Positions 29,285 through 38,182 of a DNA stretch of 64,000 bases are shown here, piece by piece. Origin of the DNA: a bacterium. Lineage in GTDB: Bacteria; Desulfobacterota; Binatia; DP-6. The translations under genes and the position numbers were made by a program. Below the pieces are notes generated by a model. It had not been told where the DNA came from, did no database searches, and saw only the letters and a program-made list of their open reading frames with translations. How positions within the stretch are numbered: position 1 is the first letter of the stretch; every line of letters starts with the position of its first letter. The stretch covers positions 4,122-68,121 of the forward strand of contig JAHCID010000010.1 in NCBI GenBank assembly GCA_026129405.1. Reading direction: 5' to 3'.

Positions 29285-29345
29285 ACGGCTGTCCTTTCTT
29301 CCTGGTCTCGGTGTGTCGAAACCGTGCAGGCTAGGGGAATCGGGT

Positions 29346-29367
29346 GGCCGGCTCAAACGCGCCGGCC
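29346..29367 (-). terminator. GC-rich stem-loop abutting the stop of the 396-aa gene, about 60 nt upstream of sat
   Basis: ggccggc-tcaaacgc-gccggcc (7-bp stem, 8-nt loop) with no U-tract. Could be an attenuator or processing hairpin rather than a terminator. Confidence 0.3.
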
Positions 29368-29371
29368 GTGC

Positions 29372-30562
29372 TCAGAGGTGGGCCGAGTCGAACGACTCGC
29401 TGACGCTACGGACCCGGAGACGGCGGCGCAGGCGGGCGAGCCCGCGAGCGGCGAGGGCGCCCAGGCCCGAACGGGTGAACGACTGGACCGCCACCGAGAG
29501 CCGGGCGTCCTCGCCCGCGGCGAAGCGCGCCTCGAGCGGGGTCACGCCGAGCGTCAGGTCGCGCAGCCAGCTGGTCGGGATGCCGCGCTCGCGGACGCGC
29601 CGGAACAGGTGCTGGAGCACCGGCGTCAGCGCCTCCGGGTCGAGCCTGCGGGTGGCCGGCGTGCGGCGCACGACGATCACCGGCTGAACGTCCGCTTCGA
29701 CCAGGGTGTCGACGGCGGTCACGAGCGTCTGCGGGTCGTCGAGGCCCGCCACGAGCTCCGTCCAGACGGTGCCGCGCGGGAAGACGGTCGCGGCGTGGGC
29801 GAGGGCTTCGAGGTAGCGATCGCGGCCGATGTAGCGTGCCCGCCCGACGCAGTGTCGTCCCAGCTGCTCGGCGTCGAAGACCTCGAGGTTGTAGCTGATG
29901 GCGTCGACGCCCATGGCGTACGTGCGGTCGATCCAGCGCAGGTCGCGCGGCGGATGCGTCTGCACGACGACGAGCGTGTCGAAGTGCTTGCGCACCGCCT
30001 CGATGAGCGGGGTCAGATGGGCGATGCCGCCGTCGTCCGCATCGAAGACGCTCGAGTTGAACAGGACCAGCTCGGCGGCGCCCTCGTCGAACGCGGCGCG
30101 TACGACCTCGACGACGTCGGCGGGCGTGACGTCGCCGTGCGCAGTGCCGCGCGCGCCCTCGGTACAGAAGCGGCACGGCGCGCCGGCGGCGGAGAAGCCG
30201 CACGCACCGCCCGGGTGCACGACGAGATGCGTGCCGTGCACGGTCGCGAGACTTTGCATCGGGATGCCGCGGCCGGTCCGTTCGTTCGCGAAACGCGGCG
30301 TCCGCCCGGGGCGTACCTCGAGCCGAACGTCGGCCCGGCGCAGGTCGGAGAGGAAATAGCGGCCGGACTCGGCGGCGAGGCGATAGGGCGTTGCGCTGTC
30401 GGCACCGTCGAGCGGCGCGGCGACCTGCATGCCGTCGGGTAGCACGAGGTCGATGGTGTCGGGAGGTCGTCCCGCTGCCAGCACGCCGGCGCTGGAGTCG
30501 AGCTGGAGCCCGCCCGCGGCGACGCCGAGCTTCCAGCGCAGAGGGTCGGTCGCCGCGCTCAC
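29372..30562 (-). CDS. uncharacterised 396-aa protein with a Cx8Cx2C cluster and TIM-barrel-like periodicity (radical-SAM-like or COG1900/DUF39-like; unresolved)
   Basis: The last 396 codons of the 710-aa track ORF are protein-like. Cys cluster HPGGACGFSAAGAPCRFCTEG, followed by alternating beta/alpha segments (LVLFNSS, AISYNLEVFD, VWTELVAGLDD). The GTG start overlaps the upstream gene stop (GTGA). Confidence 0.6.
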   Translation of the reverse strand: MSAATDPLRWKLGVAAGGLQLDSSAGVLAAGRPPDTIDLVLPDGMQVAAPLDGADSATPYRLAAESGRYFLSDLRRADVRLEVRPGRTPRFANERTGRGIPMQSLATVHGTHLVVHPGGACGFSAAGAPCRFCTEGARGTAHGDVTPADVVEVVRAAFDEGAAELVLFNSSVFDADDGGIAHLTPLIEAVRKHFDTLVVVQTHPPRDLRWIDRTYAMGVDAISYNLEVFDAEQLGRHCVGRARYIGRDRYLEALAHAATVFPRGTVWTELVAGLDDPQTLVTAVDTLVEADVQPVIVVRRTPATRRLDPEALTPVLQHLFRRVRERGIPTSWLRDLTLGVTPLEARFAAGEDARLSVAVQSFTRSGLGALAARGLARLRRRLRVRSVSESFDSAHL

Positions 30563-31128
30563 GCGTCGGCTCCGCAGCGCCCGCAGACGCCGGTGGCCTC
30601 GAGCGGTCCGGCGAACGTGCCGGCGACGAGGTCGAGATGCTGTACCCGGCCCATGCCCGGCTCGAGCAGGAGGGCATAGAGGGCCTCGGCCGCGACGAGG
30701 GCCCCGAGGGCCATGGGGGCGACGTGGCGCAGCGCGCCGGTGGCGGTGGCGTCCGCCGACGGCGTCGTGGCGCCGCTCGGCGCCGGATCCCAGCAGTGGC
30801 CGCAAGGCCGCCCGACGAGCGTCGCGACCGCCCCCACGGTGCCGATGCCGTGTCCGCACACGAGCGGGACGCCGGTCATGAGCGCATGGTCGGCGAGGCG
30901 TGCGCGGGTCGTCGGGTCGTCCGAGACGTCGACCAGGACGGTCGCGTCGCCCGCGTCCTCGACCAGTATCGGCCCGGCGCGCTGCACGAGGATGCGTGCG
31001 AGCGCCGCGGCCGGGCCGTCGCCCGCCACGACGACGTGGGCGGCGTTGAGGAGATCCTGTCCCGTGCCGCCCACCTCGGGCAGCAGGATCTGACGGCTCC
31101 AGCGCTCGATCGCGGCGTCGTCCAGCAT
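30559..31128 (-). CDS. short degenerate E1-like (ThiF/MoeB N-terminal-like) protein with two CxxC pairs
   Basis: ThiF-like N-terminus (ERWSRQILLPEVGGTGQDLLNAAHVVVAG) with a degenerate Gly-loop (AGDGPAA), no DxxxxSNLxRQ-type ATP motif, and CGHC ... CGRC zinc-type cysteines. 189 aa versus about 250 aa for canonical ThiF. Confidence 0.6.
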   Translation of the reverse strand: MLDDAAIERWSRQILLPEVGGTGQDLLNAAHVVVAGDGPAAALARILVQRAGPILVEDAGDATVLVDVSDDPTTRARLADHALMTGVPLVCGHGIGTVGAVATLVGRPCGHCWDPAPSGATTPSADATATGALRHVAPMALGALVAAEALYALLLEPGMGRVQHLDLVAGTFAGPLEATGVCGRCGADA

Positions 31129-31413
31129 CTATTCGATCACGTTCTTCTCGATCGGCTCGACGGTCACGCCCTGCTCGCGCAGCCAGGCGATACCGCGCTC
31201 GATGGCGTCCTTGGCGCCGTCGAGCTCGATCGCGATGATGCCGATGTCCTCGTTGACGCTCGCCTGGCGGATGTTGAAGACCAGATCGAACTGGCGGCTC
31301 AGCTGGTAGATGAGCGGCTCCTTCACGAGACGGCTCGGGTAGGTGAGGTACAGCTTGGTTTTGTGCTGCGGACGGCTCGTGCCGCCGCGTGCGAGACGCG
31401 GGGATCGGCTCAT
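31129..31413 (-). CDS. NIL-domain protein (MetN C-terminal-like small ligand-binding domain)
   Basis: KLYLTYPSRLVKEPLIYQLSRQFDLVFNIRQASVNEDIGIIAIELDGAKDAIERGIAWLREQGVTVE fits the NIL-domain pattern. ATG overlaps the cysM-like stop (ATGA). Confidence 0.6.
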   Translation of the reverse strand: MSRSPRLARGGTSRPQHKTKLYLTYPSRLVKEPLIYQLSRQFDLVFNIRQASVNEDIGIIAIELDGAKDAIERGIAWLREQGVTVEPIEKNVIE

Positions 31414-32387
31414 CGCTTCTGCCACCCGAGCCAGAGGTTCGTGGAGAGATAGCGATCGCCGAAATCCGGGAACAGCACGACCACGGTGCCCTCCTCGAGG
31501 TCACGCGCCACCTGCAGCGCGGCGCAGTGGGCGGCGCCGCAGGACTGCCCCACGAGCAGACCTTCCTCGCGGCCCAGGCGGTAGACCATGTTGTAGGCGT
31601 CGTCGGTGGAGATGCCGAGCTTCCGGTCGAGCTCCTGCTCGTGGAAGATGCCCGGCACGATCGACGAGGCCATGTGCTTCAGGCCCTCGATGCCGTGGAA
31701 GGCGTCGTCGGGCTCGGCGGCGATCACCTCGATCGCGGGGTTCTGCTGCTTCAGATAGCGTCCGGTGCCCATGATCGTCCCGCCGGTGCCGATGCTGGCG
31801 ACGAAGTGGGTCACGGCGCCCGCGGTCTGTCGCCATATCTCCGGCCCGGTGCTCTCGACGTGCGCGCGGGGATTGGCCTCGTTGTTGTACTGATCCGGCT
31901 TGAAGTAGCGTTCGGGCGCCTCGGCGAGGCGCGTGCGGCAGAGACGGATGGCGCCGTCGGAGCCCTCGAGCGGGTCGGAGAAGACGATCGTCGCCCCGAA
32001 CGCGGTGATGACGTCCTTGCGCTCGCGGCTGACGTTTTCCGGCATCACGAGCTCGACGGGATAGCCGAGCGCCGCGCCGATCATCGCCAGCGCGATGCCG
32101 GTGTTGCCCGAGGTCGAGTCGAGGATGGTCTTGCCGGGGACCAGGCGGCCGGTCTCGATGCCGTCCTGGACCATGCGCAGCGCGGCGCGGTCCTTCACCG
32201 AGCCGCCCGGGTTGAAGCCCTCCAGCTTGGCGAAGATGCGCACCCCCGGCGGCACGCCGTCGCGCACGCGCCGCAGCTCGCACAGCGGCGTGTTGCCGAC
32301 GAGCGTCAGCACCGAGGGTGCGACGAGCGCTCCCTCGCGCGGCCCGAGCGGGCCGGCGAGGGCGGCATGGGCGACCGCGGGGTTCAT
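31410..32387 (-). CDS. cysM: PLP-dependent cysteine synthase (CysM/CysK family)
   Basis: PLP-lysine motif NPGGSVKDRAA, TSGNTGIALA, the GTGGT glycine loop, and 325 aa length. Confidence 0.88.
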   Translation of the reverse strand: MNPAVAHAALAGPLGPREGALVAPSVLTLVGNTPLCELRRVRDGVPPGVRIFAKLEGFNPGGSVKDRAALRMVQDGIETGRLVPGKTILDSTSGNTGIALAMIGAALGYPVELVMPENVSRERKDVITAFGATIVFSDPLEGSDGAIRLCRTRLAEAPERYFKPDQYNNEANPRAHVESTGPEIWRQTAGAVTHFVASIGTGGTIMGTGRYLKQQNPAIEVIAAEPDDAFHGIEGLKHMASSIVPGIFHEQELDRKLGISTDDAYNMVYRLGREEGLLVGQSCGAAHCAALQVARDLEEGTVVVLFPDFGDRYLSTNLWLGWQKR

Positions 32388-32400
32388 CGTGCGCGGACGC

Positions 32401-32676
32401 TCACCGTCCGCCGGCGATCGCCGGCACGATCGAGATCTCGTCGCCGGACTTCACCGGCGTCTCGAGGTTCTGAAGGAAGCGGATGTCCTCACCGTTGACG
32501 AAGATGTTGACGAAGCGGCGCACGGCCCCCTGCTCGTCGCAGATGCGATCGCGGATGCCCGGGTGACGGCTGTCGAGATCACGGATGAGCGCGGCCACGT
32601 CGGCTCCCTGGGCTTCCACGGCTTCGGCCCCGCCGGTGAACTTGCGCAGCGGCGTCGGCACTCGAACCTGGGTCAT
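32401..32676 (-). CDS. MoaD/ThiS-family sulfur-carrier protein, C-terminus ...AIAGGR
   Basis: 91-aa beta-grasp-like product ending in Gly-Gly plus one extra Arg (IVPAIAGGR-stop). Sits between the cysteine synthase and the ThrC-like gene. Confidence 0.7.
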   Translation of the reverse strand: MTQVRVPTPLRKFTGGAEAVEAQGADVAALIRDLDSRHPGIRDRICDEQGAVRRFVNIFVNGEDIRFLQNLETPVKSGDEISIVPAIAGGR

Positions 32677-32727
32677 AGTGTCGGGTCCTCTCCTGGGTTG
32701 CCAGCCGCGATCGGCCGGCGGCTGTGG

Positions 32728-33981
32728 TCAGACGGCCGTGGCCTCGCGGGTGCCGCGGAGCCTGGCATAGAGCTCGTCGAAGTCGGCGAGCCGGGCGGGA
32801 ATGCGGAACGGCTGCTCGACGTTGCCCGTGACCGCCTCGAGCGTCTTGTACCCGTTGCCGGTGATGCTGATGACGATCGACTCGTCGCGCGGGATGCGTC
32901 CCTGCTCGATGAGCTTCTTGGTGACGGCGACCGTGGTGCCGCCCGCGGGCTCGGTGAAGATGCCCTCGGTGCGGGCGAGGAGCTTGATGCCCTCGACGAT
33001 CTCCTCGTCGGTGACCGACTCGCCCCAGCCGCCGGACTCGCGCACGGCCTTCAGCACGTAGAAGCCGTCGGCCGGGTTGCCGATGGCGATCGACTTGGCG
33101 ATCGTCTGCGGCTTCACGGGCGCGATGAGATCCGTCTGGCGATGCAGGGCCTGCACGACCGGTGCGCAGCCGCCTGCCTGCGCCGAGTAGATCTTGAAGT
33201 CGCCCTCGACGAGGCCGAGGTCGCGGAGCTCCTTGAAGGCCTTCGCGACCTTCGGGAGGATCGTGCCGCCGGCCGTGGGGACGACGATGTGCTGCGGCAG
33301 CTTCCAGCCGAGCTGCTCGGCGACCTCGAAGCCGAACGTCTTGGCGCCCTCGGTATAGTAGGGCCGCACGTTGATGTTGACGAAGGCCCAGCCGTACTTG
33401 TCGGCGATCTCGCTGCACAGGCGGTTCACGTCGTCGTAGTTGCCGCGGATGGCGACGGCGCGCGGCCCGTAGATCGTCGAGCCGATGACCTTGCCCTGCT
33501 CGAGGTCGTCCGGGATGAAGATGTAGCAGTTGAGCCCCGCGCGGGCGGCGTGCGCCGACACCGAGTTGGCGAGGTTGCCGGTCGACGCACACGACACCGT
33601 GTCGAAGCCGAATTCGACGGCCTTCGAGATCGCCACCGAGACGACGCGATCCTTGTAGGAGAACGTCGGGTGGTTGACGGAGTCGTCCTTCACCCAGAGC
33701 TCCTGCACGCCCAGAACCTCGGCGAGGCGGTCGGCGCGCACGAGCGGCGTGTAGCCGGAGTGCATGCCGATGCGGGGCTCGCCCTCGACAGGGAGCAGCT
33801 CGCGGTAGCGCCAGAGGTTGCGCGGCCGGCTCTCGATCAGCTCGCGCGTCAGCACCTTGCCGATGGCCGCATAGTCGTAGACGACCTCCAGCGGCCCGAA
33901 GCAGGTTTCGCAGACGTGCAGCGGCGCGACCGGCGTTTCGGCGCCGCACTCGCGGCAGCGCAGTCCCGTCACGTAGCTCAT
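32728..33981 (-). CDS. threonine-synthase-like PLP enzyme with N-terminal Zn-ribbon (candidate sulfur-carrier-dependent homocysteine/cysteine synthase)
   Basis: N-terminal CxxC...CxxC (LRCRECGAETPVAPLHVCETCFGPLEV). ThrC-fold PLP-lysine motif (HPTFSYKDR). 417 aa. Confidence 0.85.
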   Translation of the reverse strand: MSYVTGLRCRECGAETPVAPLHVCETCFGPLEVVYDYAAIGKVLTRELIESRPRNLWRYRELLPVEGEPRIGMHSGYTPLVRADRLAEVLGVQELWVKDDSVNHPTFSYKDRVVSVAISKAVEFGFDTVSCASTGNLANSVSAHAARAGLNCYIFIPDDLEQGKVIGSTIYGPRAVAIRGNYDDVNRLCSEIADKYGWAFVNINVRPYYTEGAKTFGFEVAEQLGWKLPQHIVVPTAGGTILPKVAKAFKELRDLGLVEGDFKIYSAQAGGCAPVVQALHRQTDLIAPVKPQTIAKSIAIGNPADGFYVLKAVRESGGWGESVTDEEIVEGIKLLARTEGIFTEPAGGTTVAVTKKLIEQGRIPRDESIVISITGNGYKTLEAVTGNVEQPFRIPARLADFDELYARLRGTREATAV

Positions 33982-34706
33982 GGGTGATTACTCCTTTGCG
34001 CGGCCCGGACCTCGTGGCGGTCGCCGCAGGCGGCGCAGTTGGGATCGCGCGACAGCGGGACGCTGCGCCACGTCCCGGTCCGGGTGTCGATGGTGAGGAG
34101 CCGATCGCGGAACGCCGGCTCGAGATGGGCGAGGATGCGGACCGCCTCGCCGGCCTGGAGGGTCCCGGCCAGGACGACGGCAGGCCCGAGCACGCCGGCC
34201 TCCTGGCAGGACGGTACCTCGTCGGCGGGCGGGGCCTCCTCGAAGAGGCAGCGGTAGCAGGCGCTGCCGTGCGGCAGCACCGTCAGCAGCTGGGTGCGCC
34301 AGCCGAGCGCGCCGGCGTGTATGAGCGGCACCTCCGCCGCCACCGCTGCATCGTTGACCGTGAACTTGGCGGCGATCGTGTCGGTGCCGTCGAGGACGAC
34401 GTCCCAGCCGGCGAGCAGCGCCTCGTCGTCGGCGCCGAAGCGGCGGACCTCGGTTTCGATGGCGAGGGCAGGGTGCCGGTCGTGCAGCCGCGCGGCGGCT
34501 GCCAGCACCTTGGGACGCCCGACATCCGCCTCGTCGTAGAGCGGCTGGCGGTGCAGGTTCGAGATCTCGACGACGTCTGGGTCCATGAGACCGAGCGTGC
34601 CGACCCCCGCCGCCGCGAGGGCCATGGCCGCCGGGCTGCCGAGACCGCCGACGCCGATCACGAGGGCGCGGCCATGGTCGAGGCTGAAGGTGTCGGGATG
34701 GGGCAT
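33978..34706 (-). CDS. ThiF/MoeB/HesA-family E1-like adenylyltransferase
   Basis: GVGGLGSPAA Gly-loop, DPDVVEISNLHRQ ATP motif, CYRC ... CAAC zinc cysteines. 242 aa with no rhodanese domain. Its stop overlaps the ThrC-like start by 4 nt. Confidence 0.85.
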   Translation of the reverse strand: MPHPDTFSLDHGRALVIGVGGLGSPAAMALAAAGVGTLGLMDPDVVEISNLHRQPLYDEADVGRPKVLAAAARLHDRHPALAIETEVRRFGADDEALLAGWDVVLDGTDTIAAKFTVNDAAVAAEVPLIHAGALGWRTQLLTVLPHGSACYRCLFEEAPPADEVPSCQEAGVLGPAVVLAGTLQAGEAVRILAHLEPAFRDRLLTIDTRTGTWRSVPLSRDPNCAACGDRHEVRAAQRSNHP

Positions 34707-34940
34707 GCTGGCTCGTCAGACGTGTGACGGTCTCACCAGCATGCGAACATTTATCTTTCGCGGGGCCCGCGGGGGGCGCTCGCCGCGTCGGAATTAGCAC
34801 CGGTCGTTCGCCGGTTGCTGTGGCTTCGCTGGGCCGGTCCCTCCGCCACTCTGGATAAGATGTCGTGCGTCTGTCTCTCGGTCGCGAGGTAGCCCGATTC
34901 ACGCCGGCGTGTCAATGCGAAGTCGGGCCGAGGCGCGTGC

Positions 34941-35822
34941 TCACCGCCCGGCGCCGGGCTGTCCGGCCCCCGCCCGCTCGGGGTACGACGACACCGTACT
35001 CGGCACGGCGAGCCGCTCCGGGGTGTAGGCGAGGGCATCGATGCGGGCGACGAGGGCCGGCATCGGATCCTGCGCGGGGACGCCACCCGTGGTCGCCAGC
35101 TTGTCCCGGGCCTCGGCCGCGATCGGCAGCTCGGGCCGGTGGTAGGCGAGGGTAGCGAGTGCGAGGTGGGCCTCCTCGGGCTCGTCCCGATCCCTCCAGG
35201 CCGCAGCGAAGACCCATAGTGTCTGCGCCGTCGCGTCGGTGTCCGGATACTGGCGCAGGAGGCCGCGCAGGCGTGCCTCGGCGGCGCGGAGGCTGCCGCG
35301 CCGGAGGTAGAACGTGGCGATGCCGGCGTCGTGCTCGGCCAGGCTCTCGCGGCACTCGCGGATGCGCAGCGTCGCGCGGTCGGCCCACGGGGTTCCCGGG
35401 TAGCGATCGACGATGTTCTGGAACGAGCCGAGGGCGTTCGTGACCGCCTGCTGGTCGCGGTCGGGCGTCTTGTGCTGGGCCAGGTAGGCGAGGCCGCGGC
35501 GATACTCGATCTCGGCGAGGTTGGGACTGGTCGGGTGCATGCGCTCGAAGTCGCCGAACGCCGCGATCGCCTCGGGGTAGCGGTTCGAGAAGTAGTACGC
35601 CTGCGCGATCCGCAGCTCGGCCTGCTCGGCGTTCGGATCGAACGGGTACTGATCGAGCAGCGCCTTGTACTTCTCGATCGCGAGGTCCCAGGACTCCTGG
35701 TCCATCGCCTCGCTCCCCTGCGTCCACAGGTCGGCGGCCGGCGTGATCGGCTTCTTGCCTGCGCACCCGGCGAGTGCGAGCAGGACCGAGACCACGAGGA
35801 CGACCGGCAGGGTGCGCCGCAT
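34941..35822 (-). CDS. bamD: outer-membrane protein assembly factor BamD (TPR lipoprotein)
   Basis: Lipoprotein signal with lipobox ([15 protein letters not shown]), TPR repeats, and BamD-like conserved segments ([31 protein letters not shown]). Confidence 0.85.
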   Translation of the reverse strand: MRRTLPVVLVVSVLLALAGCAGKKPITPAADLWTQGSEAMDQESWDLAIEKYKALLDQYPFDPNAEQAELRIAQAYYFSNRYPEAIAAFGDFERMHPTSPNLAEIEYRRGLAYLAQHKTPDRDQQAVTNALGSFQNIVDRYPGTPWADRATLRIRECRESLAEHDAGIATFYLRRGSLRAAEARLRGLLRQYPDTDATAQTLWVFAAAWRDRDEPEEAHLALATLAYHRPELPIAAEARDKLATTGGVPAQDPMPALVARIDALAYTPERLAVPSTVSSYPERAGAGQPGAGR

Positions 35823-35924
35823 GGGCGACGTGCTAGAGGATGGTCTGCGGGGAGTCAACGCGATGGAAGTCCGGCCGCGGACTTCACCTTGACTCCCCCC
35901 AAGGCGGCTCCTACTGTGCCCGAC

Positions 35925-37187
35925 TTGCACGGACCAAACGGCACCCGACGACGGGTGGTCGTGACCGGCGTCGGTCTGGTCACGCCCCTCGGTACCGGCA
36001 CCGAGCGCAACTGGGAGGCGCTCGTCGCAGGCCGATCCGGGGTGCGCGGCATCACCCGCTTCGACGCCGCCCGGCTGCCGGCCCGTGTCGCCGGCGAGGT
36101 TCGCGACTTCGACGCGGCCCAGTGGGTCGAGAAGAAGGACCTCAAGAAGATGGACGTCTTCATCCACTACGCCGTCGCCGCGGCGCAGATGGCGGTGGAC
36201 GACGCCCGGCTGCCGTTGCCGCTCACCCGCCCGGAGCGTGTGGGCGCCATCGTGGGCGTGGGGATGGGCGGCCTATCGACGCTCGAGGATGCGCACGGCC
36301 ACCTCGCCGCGCTCGACATCAAGAAGGTGTCGCCGTTCTTCGTGCCGCGCCTCATCCCGAACATGGCCGCGGGCCAGATCTCGCTGCGCTTCGGCGCGCG
36401 CGGCCCGAGCTACTGCACGACCAGCGCCTGCGCCTCCGGCGCGCACGCCATCGGCGACGCGGTGGGCTTCATCCGCGAGGGCCGGCAGGACGTCGTGCTC
36501 GCCGGCGGGGCCGAGGCGCCGATCGGCCTCCTCGGCGTGGGCGGCTTCCTGGCGATGCGTGCGCTCGCCACCAGCTTCAACGACGAGCCCGAGCGTGCCA
36601 GTCGCCCGTTCGACGCGCGCCGCGAGGGCTTCGTCGTCGCCGAAGGCGCCGGCATCATGGTGCTGGAGGCCCTCGAGCACGCGCAGGCGCGCGGCGCTCC
36701 CATCCTGGCGGAGGTGCTCGGGTGGGGCGCCAATTGCGACGCGTACCACATCACCCAGCCGTCGCCGCAGGGCGGCGGAGCCGCGAGCTGCATGCAGCAG
36801 GCGCTCGACGACGCCGGTCTCGCGTCCGATGCCGTCGGCTACGTGAACGCGCACGGCACCAGCACGCCCTACAACGACCAGGCCGAGACCGACGCCCTGA
36901 AGACGGTCTTCGGTGCGCACGCCTACCGGGTCGCCGTCAGCTCGACGAAGTCGATGACGGGGCACCTCCTCGGTGCGGCCGGAGCGGTCGAGGCGGCCTT
37001 CACGGTGCTGGCGCTTCGTCGCGGCGTGCTGCCGCCGACGATCAACCTCGACGAGCCCGATCCCGGGTGCGACCTCGACTACGTGCCGAACCGTGCTCGC
37101 GAGGTTCGGGTGGGGGCGGCGCTGTCGAACTCGTTCGGCTTCGGCGGCACCAACGTCACGCTGGTGTTCGGGCAACCCACGGCGTGA
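35925..37187 (+). CDS. fabF: 3-oxoacyl-[ACP] synthase II
   Basis: [17 protein letters not shown]-terminus, active-site Cys context ([15 protein letters not shown]), HGTSTP and NSFGFGGTN motifs. A TTG start is assumed (no in-frame ATG). Confidence 0.9.
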   Translation: MHGPNGTRRRVVVTGVGLVTPLGTGTERNWEALVAGRSGVRGITRFDAARLPARVAGEVRDFDAAQWVEKKDLKKMDVFIHYAVAAAQMAVDDARLPLPLTRPERVGAIVGVGMGGLSTLEDAHGHLAALDIKKVSPFFVPRLIPNMAAGQISLRFGARGPSYCTTSACASGAHAIGDAVGFIREGRQDVVLAGGAEAPIGLLGVGGFLAMRALATSFNDEPERASRPFDARREGFVVAEGAGIMVLEALEHAQARGAPILAEVLGWGANCDAYHITQPSPQGGGAASCMQQALDDAGLASDAVGYVNAHGTSTPYNDQAETDALKTVFGAHAYRVAVSSTKSMTGHLLGAAGAVEAAFTVLALRRGVLPPTINLDEPDPGCDLDYVPNRAREVRVGAALSNSFGFGGTNVTLVFGQPTA

Positions 37188-38182
37188 GCCCGCCGTCGCG
37201 GCCGCTGCTCGACCGCCGCCTCCACGTCGTGGTCGGCAAGGGCGGCGTGGGCAAGACGACCGTGACCGCCGCGCTCGCGCGGCTCCAGGCGCGGCGCGGG
37301 CTGCGTACGCTCGCCGTCGAGATGGACGCCGCGGGCCGTCTGCCCCGCCTGCTCGGGTTGGCCACGCCGCCCCCCGCCGGCGCGATCGTACGGGTGGCGC
37401 CGAATCTGCACGTGACGTCCATCGAGGGTCGCGCCGCGCTCGAGGAGTACCTCGGCATGATCGTGCCGGTGAAGCGGCTCCTGCAGTCCATCTTCTCGAG
37501 CCGCGTCTATCAGTACTTCGTCGCCGCGGCTCCGGGGCTGAAGGAGCTCATGACCGTCGGCAAGATCTGGTTCGAGGCGACGCGGGAGGAGGACGGCAGG
37601 CCCGTGTGGGACGTGCTCGTGGTCGACGCCCCGGCGACCGGCCACAGCCTCCAGGTGCTGCGCATGCCGCAGGCCGCCCGCGACACCTTCGGCGCCGGGC
37701 TCGTCCAGCGCGAGGCGGCGCGCATCGTGTCGCTGCTCCAGGATCCGACGCTCACGGCCGTCCATCTCGTGACCCTGCCCGAGGAGATGCCGGTCACCGA
37801 GACGCTCGAGACCGAGGCCCAGCTGCGCGACCAGCTCGGCATGCCGCGCGGCCTCGTCGTCGCCAACCGCGTCCGCGGTCGTCACTTCGACGAGGCGTTG
37901 CTGGGCCGCCTCGACGCCGCCGCGCAGGCGACGGACGGCGAGGGGCGGGCGTTGCTCCACGGGGTCGCGGCGCGCGCCCGCGAGGAGAGCGGCTGGGCCG
38001 CGATCCACGCGCACTACCTCGGGCGCCTGCGCGCGGAGCTCGGCGACGCGCCGCTCGTCGAGCTGCCGTTCGTGTTCGTCGAGGAGTTCGACGCGGCGAC
38101 GCTCGAGCGTCTGTCGCGCGTGCTCGCAGACGGCGTCGCCACCGCGCTCGGCGCCCCCGCCGCCGCCGGGGCTGCGCGATGA
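37184..38182 (+). CDS. ArsA/Get3-family P-loop ATPase paralogue 1
   Basis: Deviant Walker [13 protein letters not shown]. The GTG start overlaps the fabF stop (GTGA). About 332 aa, single ATPase domain. Confidence 0.8.
   Translation: MSPPSRPLLDRRLHVVVGKGGVGKTTVTAALARLQARRGLRTLAVEMDAAGRLPRLLGLATPPPAGAIVRVAPNLHVTSIEGRAALEEYLGMIVPVKRLLQSIFSSRVYQYFVAAAPGLKELMTVGKIWFEATREEDGRPVWDVLVVDAPATGHSLQVLRMPQAARDTFGAGLVQREAARIVSLLQDPTLTAVHLVTLPEEMPVTETLETEAQLRDQLGMPRGLVVANRVRGRHFDEALLGRLDAAAQATDGEGRALLHGVAARAREESGWAAIHAHYLGRLRAELGDAPLVELPFVFVEEFDAATLERLSRVLADGVATALGAPAAAGAAR

Noticed and set aside
31129-31425. Possibility that the 98-aa ORF is a second ThiS/MoaD carrier
   Set aside because: It does not end in Gly-Gly and its conserved core matches the NIL-domain pattern rather than the beta-grasp carrier pattern. 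The genuine carrier is at 32401-32676.
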